NCBI GenBank assembly: GCA_965197925.1
Contig: CBDAOC010000013.1
Coordinates: 20,066 to 84,065 of the forward strand
Reading direction: 5' to 3'
Source: Nitrososphaerales archaeon
GTDB taxonomy: Archaea; Thermoproteota; Nitrososphaeria; Nitrososphaerales; UBA213
DNA length: 64,000 nucleotides
Both the position numbers and the translations under genes were made by a program. Positions 46,003 to 54,888 of the stretch are shown here, piece after piece (the stretch's first letter is position 1; every line of letters begins with the position of its first letter). The notes below the pieces were generated by a model. The model was given only the letters and a program-made list of their open reading frames with translations. It was not told the DNA's origin and searched no databases.

Positions 46003-46019
46003 CAGCACTGTAAAGATTT

Positions 46020-46601
46020 ATGGCATGGGATGACTGGTTCAGGAAAAAAATGCGAAATTTAGGTCCATGGTACTATGATATCGAGGAGATGATGAGGGAA
46101 ATGGAGAAGATGTTTGAAGAAAGTATGAAGGAGTTTGAAGGAAAGGTTCCCAAGGGGCTTGTTAGGGAGAGAAAGTTACCAGATGGTACTGTGCGCAAAG
46201 AGTGGGGTCCGTTTGTATATGGATATTCAGTAACTATAGGACCTGATGGAAAACCTATGGTAAGAGAATTTGGAAACGTAAAACCTTCACTTGGAGCTAG
46301 GGGTTCAATATCATTAAAGGATGAAAGAGAACCATTAGTAGATCTAGTCAGTACAGATGAAGAGATTAGAGTTGTAGCTGAAATTCCTGGTACTAGCAAG
46401 GAAAACATAAAGGTTACAGCTTCAGAAAATGATGTTGTTATAAACACTGATACCCCTGAAAAGAAGTATCATAAACAGATTGATTTACCGCATGCAGTCG
46501 AAGCAAGCAGTGCTAAATCAACTTACAGGAACGGGATATTAGAAATTACTCTTAAAAGAAAAGGTAAGAAAGAATCAGGTGTATCGATAAAGGTCGAATG
46601 A
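46020..46601 (+). CDS. hsp20: Archaeal small heat-shock protein
   Basis: GPFVYGYSVTIGPDGKPMVREFGN, EREPLVD, STYRNGILEI, IKVE. Confidence 0.95.
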   Translation: MAWDDWFRKKMRNLGPWYYDIEEMMREMEKMFEESMKEFEGKVPKGLVRERKLPDGTVRKEWGPFVYGYSVTIGPDGKPMVREFGNVKPSLGARGSISLKDEREPLVDLVSTDEEIRVVAEIPGTSKENIKVTASENDVVINTDTPEKKYHKQIDLPHAVEASSAKSTYRNGILEITLKRKGKKESGVSIKVE

Positions 46602-46602
46602 A

Positions 46603-47187
46603 TTGAGCAAGGTAAATGTTGATGTGGTAGAGACTGGTAGTATAGATACCAATTCACCATATGTTTTTATTGGATTGCCAGATGCTGGTTTAGTTGGAAA
46701 AATAGCTGCAACTTATTTGGTAGATTGCTTCAATTTGAAGGAAGTTGGTTACATTGATTCTGAAAGATTTCCCCTGTAGTAATTGTTCAACGTAACGAGG
46801 TAAAATATCCTATTAGGATGTATGCAAAGGATAAATTTGTGGTAGTTATATCAGATATTCCATTAGCACCTTCTTTATCGGTCCCCTTTTCCTCTAGGTT
46901 ATTAAGCTGGGTGAAAAAACTAGAACCTGAACTTGTGATAAACATCACAGGTCTACCTGTTCAAAACCGTATGCAGCTAAAAAAACCTGAAGTTCTGGAG
47001 CTGACAACAAACAAGGCTATGATAGAGCTTCTTCGCACCCGTAATGTGTCTTTGTTCAGTGATGGCGTTCTATTTGGCCCATATGCAACCATAATTAAGG
47101 AATCTGTTTCACAGAAGTACCATCTTTAACTTTATTTGCACAATCACACCTTAACTTTCCTGATCCTATAGCGTCTATAGAAGCATT
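46603..47187 (+). pseudogene. PAC2-family pseudogene, frameshifted and truncated by IS 'D'
   Basis: FIGLPDAGLVGKIAATYLV, YPIRMYA, FPDPIASIEA then the IS terminus. Confidence 0.85.
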
Positions 47188-48066
47188 CAACTGATCCCAA
47201 AACTGATCATTTAGTGAATAATTGACGATCATTTGGATCTATTTGCAATGCTGCCCGTAGCAGATCATGAAATTTCAGGAGATAACAGGTGAACAATGGA
47301 AGATGATATCACCGCATCTCCCCAAGCCAGCCAGAACCGGAAGGCCAAGGGCAGACGACAGAAAGACAGTCAACGGAATCCTGTTTGTCGGGATAACAGG
47401 ATGCAGGTGGACTGGGATGTCACAAAGGTACGGCTCCAAATCAACTGCGCACCGCAGACTGCAGAACTGGCAGCGACGTGGAATATGGAAGAATATCCTC
47501 TCCGCTGCAGTCAAATCAGCCCACAGATCAGGCAAGATGCAGCTGCAAAAAACGGTCGATTCGTCATCAGTTCCGGCCAAAAAAGGGGAAGCGTCATAGG
47601 ATACAACGGATTCAACAGGATTTCAGGCACAAAAATACACGTTGCGGTGGAACAAAACGGACTGCCAGTCTCAGTAGTGATGGGTCCTGCAAATCAGCAT
47701 GACTCCAAGATTTGTAGACGTGATGGATGGCATCTCACAATATCTGGATGAGAGATCTATCAGAAAAATTGCGCGGTGCCAAGCAGACAAGGGCTATGAT
47801 GCAGAATTCATCAGGAAATACCTCACCAAAAGAAAAATCTCTGACTGCATGCCTTACAGAAAAAACAGTAAGACACAACAACAAAATGATAATACAGAAC
47901 AAATACCTATACGGCAAGACGCGCTATGTTGTGGAGAGATTCTTTGCCTGGTTGAAGAATGGGTTCCACAGAACCAGGATCAGATATGAGAAGAATGCAC
48001 AAAACTATCTGGCATTTGTTATCATTTCGTCGATTATGATGTATTGGAGAGTATTGGGATGACTTC
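47188..48066 (+). mobile_element. IS5-family element 'D', copy 2
   Basis: Near-identical, inverted copy of 32037-32914; no TSD. Confidence 0.92.
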
Positions 48067-48426
48067 GACATAAGATCAAGGATAGATGTCATGGGTATGC
48101 TCTTCATAAAAGATGGGTTGGTAGACCCATTAGTATCCGTTGACAGTTCATTGTTGAAGGCAAAGGGACACGTATGGCATAGAGATCTCACGGGTGCCAA
48201 CCTCTCCAGAGCTAACATTTCAGGAGCCGATCTCACGGGTGCCACAATAATAGGGACAAGAACTGATAATGTGCGGGTAGACGAGGGTACCATGACAAAC
48301 GGCATAATACTAGCGCCAGGAGACTCCAATAAGGAGATCGAGAAAGCATTATCTTCGCTTGACCCAAAACTAAGAGACAAAGTGCTGAGGGATAATCCAA
48401 AACTAAAGGAAGTCTATCGAGAGTGA
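48067..48426 (+). other. Chimera: IS 'B' internal fragment joined in frame to a pentapeptide-repeat 3' fragment
   Basis: 48067-48180 matches B (VDSSLLKAKGHVWH), then RDLTGANLSRANISGADLTGA. Confidence 0.75.
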
Positions 48427-49243
48427 CGCAGTATGCCCAAGTTTGCCCTTTATCCAGGGCCTTATCCCGCAATTCAATATGATAGCCAATGTCTAGTGGG
48501 AATGATGACGAATTCTGCGGGCTGCCCATGAGCATACCCGGTATCTAGGTCGCGCCTGTACAGGTTGCGGGCCTCACGAGTCCTGTACAGTAATCCAGGG
48601 ATCACGATCCTTGCCGCCATTGCAACGGGCCCATTCACGGCAAGATTCTTGGATGTGGCATGGCATCGTTAGCCTGGACAGGCCCTGGCTGAACCGGGCA
48701 GCCCGATATCTGGCACGGCCCGTAGATCATTGCCATGACCGAACCTGATTTAAAAAAACAACACGAGCGGGTAGTTTTAATGGAAATGTCCAATTTGTAA
48801 CGGCCCAGACCGGTGCCCGGGGCAAAGGCGGGCCCGCGCCTTATGTGGGTTGGGAGCGAAGAAAATTCCATAGACCAACCGTCAAGGCGGGCATGTGAAG
48901 AATACCGGAGAGAATGTTCCCGGAAAAATACCGTGGTGCCAAAGTTTCAAGTTTGAAAAAAAAATAAGTGATAAAGGGGGGAAGAAACTTCGCGGGGATG
49001 ATTAGAACCTTATCGGGGGTTTACTGTACATCAGGTATATTTGTTGGAAAGGTTAGCACCGAATGCTACCGGCAAGGTAAAGACGAGAAGGTAAGTAAGA
49101 GTCAATAGCATATTGGCTTTATCTAGGAAGCACACTAATTATAGTTACTATAAAGTCATCCCAAAACTATTTGGCGGCTGGTGAAACCCCCATGATCGCC
49201 CGATCTATTCGCCACCACCACATATTGTAATGACATTTTAGCA

Positions 49244-49352
49244 TATTGTTACCAATGACCAGTAACATATTAGAAAATAATGCTGCACGGACTTGTAGCT
49301 GCTGGCTGGAAGACCTGTTTCCGCCTGATAAAGGAATCTAATGGCTTCTGTC
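49244..49352 (+). repeat. Diverged direct repeat, copy 1 (partner at 63553)
   Basis: Shared blocks attgttaccaatga---gtaacatattagaaaata and tgataaaggaat-taatggcttctgtc. Confidence 0.85.
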
Positions 49353-49611
49353 CGGTGGGCGATAATTCCCCGTGTTAACTGTCGGGGCTTTTTGAGTCTT
49401 CGCTAGCTTATCATGGATTCGGGTGCGCGAACATGATCCCGTTTATATCACGGTGTTATCAACTCTAGCATGGCAGATCATGTTTTCCAAGTTTTGTAGA
49501 GGAAGATCTTGATCCAGCAAACCTGTTTCGCGGCCGGGCAAAAAATGAAAACTTGGATCTAGAGTCTGATGATTATTAAGCTTATATACAAATGTCAATC
49601 AGCCTATAGCG

Positions 49612-50133
49612 ATGAAGATTCTATCTGCTAAAAAACTGAAACTGTATGGAAGTCTTCGATATTTGTTCGGCGACATTGATACAAGTACATTATCTAAGAG
49701 AATCGAGTCACAGAAAAGGGCTTATTTTATTCGTGAATTTGGAGTGAGTATTCCTTACTATTTTAGTTGGTATGTACATGGTCCTTATTCCACGGATCTT
49801 GCTCGTGACTTATTTGCCTTCGAGGAATTCAAACCGACTATACCTGAGCCTAGAGTTTACCGGGATTCTATTTTGAAGGACAATTTACAGAGTATAGAGA
49901 AGGCAAGAGAATTCTTTGATGAAATTAAGAGTCCTCCCCTTCCAAGTAGGACTGACAAGCATTATTGGATCGAGCTTCTAGCAGGATTGCATTATCTATA
50001 TACACATTGTGGAGAAAAGAAAATTACTAAAGAGAAGGTCTTTAATAAAATAAAATCGTACAAACCGCAGTACGCTGTAGGGGATAAGGAAACTGCGTGG
50101 AAGTTACTGAACAAACATGGTCTTGTCTCGTAA
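49612..50133 (+). CDS. YwgA/Panacea(DUF4065/SocA)-like protein
   Basis: RIESQKRAYF..YYFSWYVHGPYSTDLARDL motif; C-terminal WIELLAGLHYL. Confidence 0.65.
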   Translation: MKILSAKKLKLYGSLRYLFGDIDTSTLSKRIESQKRAYFIREFGVSIPYYFSWYVHGPYSTDLARDLFAFEEFKPTIPEPRVYRDSILKDNLQSIEKAREFFDEIKSPPLPSRTDKHYWIELLAGLHYLYTHCGEKKITKEKVFNKIKSYKPQYAVGDKETAWKLLNKHGLVS

Positions 50134-51469
50134 AAAGAAATCGGTGTCACAAAATAAGCGTTTAAAATTCAAAAAGTATGTTTACGACGCGGTACATGGT
50201 TACATTGGAATCACTGAACCCGAGTTAGATATAATTGATCATAAGGCGTTTCAAAGAACGCATCACCTTAGGCAGTTAGGTCCTGCATACTTGGTGTATC
50301 CAACGGCTACACAGACACGATTTTCACATTTACTGGGTGCAATGTTTGTTATGACAGAGTTCTGTAATAATATTCGCTACCAGGGAACGACTGCACCCGT
50401 AATAACAAATGCTGACGGGTTACAAAAACTTAGGTTGGCTGCCCTTCTTCATGATATAGGTCATTATCCACTCTCCCATGTTGTTGAATACGTTATGGAA
50501 AATGAAGATCCCAATGCCTGTCATGAAAAATTTGGGCAGCATATAATAACAAAGACCGGGATAGCAGACGTGTTAAACAAGAATTCGTATAAACCCGCAG
50601 AAATTGTGGAAATAACCACCGGTTTAGCTAATAAGCCATCCTACGCACCTGTGTTGTATAAATTCTTGCTGGACTCTGATTTGGATGTAGACCGCGTTGA
50701 TTACCTACTCCGCGATTCCTATTATACCGGTGTTGGGTATGGAAAAATTGATGCGGGCAGACTTTTAAATACCATAACATATGATTCCAGGCATGGCGTT
50801 GTATTCGAGAAGAGTACGGAAGCTTTAGAGAACTTTTTCCTCGGTAGATATCATATGCATAAATCCGTATATTATCACAAGGTGGTGACGGGTTTCGAAA
50901 TTCTGATAGAACTCATTTACAAGCAATTCCTAAATGAAAAGCTGGTCCCAAATGCTACGGAAGTTTTTCAACTCGATGACGATGGGCTATATAATTATAA
51001 CGATAATTTATTTTTCAATGAAATTACTTCCTATAATGGAGATTCAACCATTACCAGGGAAATGATAAAGATGTTCTTAGAGCGTAAACCCCTAAGTTCG
51101 GTTTTTGCGGAGTTGAGTCTTGCCGAGAAAAACGACACTGCAAGCCATCATCAATTCGTAGTCAACACACTTTCCTTAAGCGAAAGCCAGCTAGGCAGTA
51201 TTGCCACTGATGCAGGGATTCCACCTGAATGGATCTTTCCAAAGACCATGGAATACAAAAAACTTCTAAATGACGATGATTCAAGACTTGCAGTCCACGT
51301 TATTCGGGATGGAAAAATTATCGCCTTATCACAAGATCCGCGAAGCATGATTTCTATTCTCCAAGATTACAATTTCAACGAACCACGAATTTACACCAAG
51401 AGGAACTATAGAACCAGAGTTAGAGATTCAATCACCAAGTTATTTCCACGTACTTCAAGGGCAACTTGA
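50117..51469 (+). CDS. SAMHD1/YwfO-like HD-domain dNTP triphosphohydrolase
   Basis: DAVHGYI, FQR..LRQLG..VYPTA..TRFSH, LLHDIGHYPLSH, HE, LDVDRVDYLLRD, VYYHK. Confidence 0.9.
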   Translation: MVLSRKKKSVSQNKRLKFKKYVYDAVHGYIGITEPELDIIDHKAFQRTHHLRQLGPAYLVYPTATQTRFSHLLGAMFVMTEFCNNIRYQGTTAPVITNADGLQKLRLAALLHDIGHYPLSHVVEYVMENEDPNACHEKFGQHIITKTGIADVLNKNSYKPAEIVEITTGLANKPSYAPVLYKFLLDSDLDVDRVDYLLRDSYYTGVGYGKIDAGRLLNTITYDSRHGVVFEKSTEALENFFLGRYHMHKSVYYHKVVTGFEILIELIYKQFLNEKLVPNATEVFQLDDDGLYNYNDNLFFNEITSYNGDSTITREMIKMFLERKPLSSVFAELSLAEKNDTASHHQFVVNTLSLSESQLGSIATDAGIPPEWIFPKTMEYKKLLNDDDSRLAVHVIRDGKIIALSQDPRSMISILQDYNFNEPRIYTKRNYRTRVRDSITKLFPRTSRAT

Positions 51470-51602
51470 TTTGCTTGGTTATAAGGTGCGATTAACCAAT
51501 GCCGTCTTTGCCAATACGATTTTGGCAGGGCCGATTGGGCAGTACCCAAAAAAGGCGTGCCTAGGTGTAGGCGTCAAAAAGCTTCCAAAGCAGAACTACA
51601 CT

Positions 51603-52037
51603 CTATTCTTCTATAACGTAAATCTCTAAAAGTCCATTTTTAGTTTTCTTGATGAACACACCGTCACTTAGCTCCCGCACTTCTTCAAACTTAAGATCCA
51701 ATGTTTTTGGTTCTACATGAAACTTGGCTAAAATATCCTCCATCCTTGCTTTCCTCCATTCATCAATGTCAATTGGCTCCTTAACGCCAGCGATAGAGAA
51801 CCTGTGGATAAACTCCATTTTAGGTATTGGATATCCTGATTGAGGAACTTTTGCAAAAAATTCAAAATTTGTTAAGTCAAAACCTAACTTCCTGGATTTA
51901 GGGAATTTTGGCTCCTCAACTGCCCCGGGGAAGATTTTGAGCGAGGTATCTAGAGATAAGGTGGGGTACTCTGGTGCTTCTCGTGTTAGCATTAGCTTAG
52001 GAGTATCAACAGGCTCCTCTTCTAACATCGATTCCAT
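51603..52037 (-). CDS. Hypothetical protein
   Basis: Intact 144-aa ORF 10 bp downstream of the DUF3467-like gene. Confidence 0.6.
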   Translation of the reverse strand: MESMLEEEPVDTPKLMLTREAPEYPTLSLDTSLKIFPGAVEEPKFPKSRKLGFDLTNFEFFAKVPQSGYPIPKMEFIHRFSIAGVKEPIDIDEWRKARMEDILAKFHVEPKTLDLKFEEVRELSDGVFIKKTKNGLLEIYVIEE

Positions 52038-52047
52038 TTTAGATCAC

Positions 52048-52386
52048 TTACCCATTAGTTGCTTGCGTCTTAAATTCCTTTATCTTTTCATTAATCATTT
52101 TTTGGAGAACATCCACATTTTCTGGTGTCATTACTATCTGCACCTTAAGATCCCTTTCATAATCCCACTCATTTCGGCTTATATCTTCTTGTTTATAGCT
52201 ATTCTTGTCTGGATTCCAGACATACAATTCTTCTGGCAGAGTAAAATGGCCAACATAAAAATCAAGGGTAATGGCTTTGCCATCAGCATATCCCACTGCA
52301 GCACCATCCGCATAAACCATACGATAATCCTTGTCCTTCATATAACGTACTCTTACTTTTTTGCGCACTGTTCCACTCTCAGACAT
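52048..52386 (-). CDS. DUF3467-like protein
   Basis: YRMVYADGAAVG..ITLDF..QIVMTPENVDVLQKMINEKIKEF. Confidence 0.6.
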   Translation of the reverse strand: MSESGTVRKKVRVRYMKDKDYRMVYADGAAVGYADGKAITLDFYVGHFTLPEELYVWNPDKNSYKQEDISRNEWDYERDLKVQIVMTPENVDVLQKMINEKIKEFKTQATNG

Positions 52387-52477
52387 ACCATCTAATACAT
52401 GTTGGCGTATTTAAAAACTTGAACGTATAATCGGAGTAGCAACCATTACAGATATTCTATAAGAAATAAGAAATACT

Positions 52478-53348
52478 CAACTCATCTCAAAACCCTACAA
52501 TACATCAAAAATGATGCAGGATTAACAAATGCCAGATAGTTTTCTGCCGTTCTTTCATACCTGGTTCTTGTTCTGTGAAATCCATTCTTGAGCCATGCAA
52601 GGAATCTCTCAACTACAAATCTTGTCTTGCTGTAATGTTTGCAATCATTATTTTGCAAGATGAACTTGGAATTTATTTTGTATGGGATGCAACATGCAAT
52701 ATTTCTATCCCACAAATACATTCTGATGTATTTTGCATCATTTTGTCTGCATAAACTGATTCTATCTGTTGTATTGAATCATCATCAAGATAGTCTGAAA
52801 TTGATCCTGTAACATCCATGCATTTTGTACTGTCATGTTCATTTGCTGGACTCAACAGTATGGATATTGGAAATCCGTTACCCTCTACTGCGGCATGTAT
52901 TTTTGTACCTGTTATTCTCTTGAATCCATTATATCCAGTTACATTGCCCCTTTTTTATTAGGAATGGATGAAGAGTCAACTGATTTTTTTAGATTAATTT
53001 TGCCAGATTTATGTGCTGAGTGAATAGTACGCGATAGAATCTTTTTCCAGGTTCCTTTTTGTTGCCATTTGTTTAACCTTCTGTTTGCAGTAGAATCATC
53101 ACCGTATCTTTTTGGCATATCGTCCCATCGGCATCCAGTAGTTAGAACATAGATTATTCCGTTAATGATTTTTCTATCATCATCCCTAGGCCTGCCAGTT
53201 TTTGCATGTGGTGGTATGTGTGATTCTATCATACTCCACTGTTTGTCTGATAATTCTTGGAATTTCATAAAATAATTTTAGATGTCGCTATTCATAGATC
53301 TAAATGGTCGCTAAAAATTGTCTAAATGGTTAGTTTTGAGATGAGTTG
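52478..53348 (-). mobile_element. IS5-family element 'C', copy 2
   Basis: Perfect TIR CAACTCATCTCAAAAC; near-identical, inverted copy of 25893-26766. Confidence 0.92.
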
Positions 53349-53495
53349 GTAGAATTGCAGTGGGTTCATTCTGATACATACCTTTTATGCCTATGCATGA
53401 AATATTCTAGATACGCCAAACTCGCCAAAACTATGCTGATTGTGTTTTTGAAGGCCAGAATGCCTTACTACATACACAACAGAAATAAACATGTG
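53349..53495 (+). mobile_element. IS 'E' 5' fragment
   Basis: MKYSRYAKLAKTMLIVFLKARMPYYIH is similar to the 26998 ORF start. Confidence 0.7.
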
Positions 53496-54105
53496 GTAGA
53501 GATCATCAAACCCGATTGCTTTCTGCTGATATATGATTTCTTTTCAAAAGTGATTCATCCCTCCTGTGGAAGCGGGCCGGAGGCATTAGTGACGATAGCG
53601 GTGCTCAATGGATTTTTGTGTAACGACTTTAAACAGGGTCTCCTCCCCCCGCGATCGAAGAGAGGATATATACAGAAACGCAATTTTGGACTATTGGTGG
53701 TCGCTAATACTATCCATATGTATCAACATATTGACCAAACTTCATAGATAAACTTGTCATCTCCGTAATTCCAACTTATAATAGAAAAGGACAAATCATA
53801 AACCTGTTAGTAGGCAGAGTTCACGTTGGAACATAAGAAAAAAATGGATGGTTCGGTATTTTGAAGATCCGACATATTCGTGACAATAACTACACATGTT
53901 CTTAGGATAGATGAATCAACTGCTATTAATTTAATCGAAAGCTTCTTGTCTCAAACACTTTTATCTCATATCCAAGGTGATAGGAGAAAAGGAGAAGATC
54001 CTGTGTAACATGGACAAAGCCCCATCTAGTGATACAGAATGTCAGAGGGTTCTGTTTAATTATAGAAACAGTATGATTTTTTAGTGCGACTGGGACTATC
54101 TATGT

Positions 54106-54888
54106 GTGCTTGCGAACTGGCTCAAGTGGAATTTAAGAAATCCTAATCCCTATTTGAGGTTCCAAGTAATAGATGTATCTGAACACGGAGATAAGGATAA
54201 TGCGGTAAAGTCTCATTTAAAGAAAATCTTTCTTGATAGCACAGTTGACCTCAGCTTTGTTGCAAATCTCACCAAACGAATTGGTTGGTCTAAAGCAGAA
54301 GTGTTTATTGCTAACTCTGTTCCTTCTTCCCCGAGAATGCGTAAAGGTCGCTTCGGTGAGGTTCTTACAGCTGCTCTTCTCCTTGAATTTTTCAAGTATG
54401 TTATTCCTGTACAAAAGTCTCAATACGCGATGACGGCTAACCAAAGTCTACCTAGTACTGATGTGGTAGCCATAAAGAAAACAAATAAGGGAATATCAGA
54501 AGTGTGTTTTTTAGAGTCCAAACTACGTACTAAACCTGATACAGGAGTTGTAGTAGAAGCATATAAACAACTAAGAAATGATCAATCCAAAAGAATTCCC
54601 GATATGCTTATGTTCATAATCCATCGTTTGTACGACACCGGAGACCCACTTTATCATGATTTTCTAAATTATCTTAAAGATCGGGATGATACTAGCGTTA
54701 ACAGAGAAACTCTTCGCGTTGGAATTGTATGCGAACAGGAATCTTGGAAAGACTTGGCGTTGGATAACCTGCAAGATGAAATTGATGATTCCACACCACA
54801 GAGAATCACCACTGATATTATTCGTATTACTTGCCTAGAGAATTTTATGCGAGAATTCTTTAATCACTTGGAATCGGGGAGATCTTAG
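54106..54888 (+). CDS. hamA: Hachiman HamA-like (DUF1837) PD-(D/E)xK nuclease
   Basis: RKGRFGEVL, STDVVAI, FLESKLR motif spacing; stop codon abuts the helicase ATG. Confidence 0.75.
   Translation: MLANWLKWNLRNPNPYLRFQVIDVSEHGDKDNAVKSHLKKIFLDSTVDLSFVANLTKRIGWSKAEVFIANSVPSSPRMRKGRFGEVLTAALLLEFFKYVIPVQKSQYAMTANQSLPSTDVVAIKKTNKGISEVCFLESKLRTKPDTGVVVEAYKQLRNDQSKRIPDMLMFIIHRLYDTGDPLYHDFLNYLKDRDDTSVNRETLRVGIVCEQESWKDLALDNLQDEIDDSTPQRITTDIIRITCLENFMREFFNHLESGRS

Noticed and set aside
49139..49167. Palindrome ttatagt-t-actataa next to a solo C/D-like TIR (aaagtcatcccaaaac)
   Set aside because: Probably IS debris; too short and AT-rich to interpret.
49300..49352. Fluoride riboswitch (3' end ctaatggcttct resembles its consensus)
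   Set aside because: The 5' GGnGAUG/P1 stem and a clean pseudoknot are absent, and no fluoride gene follows.
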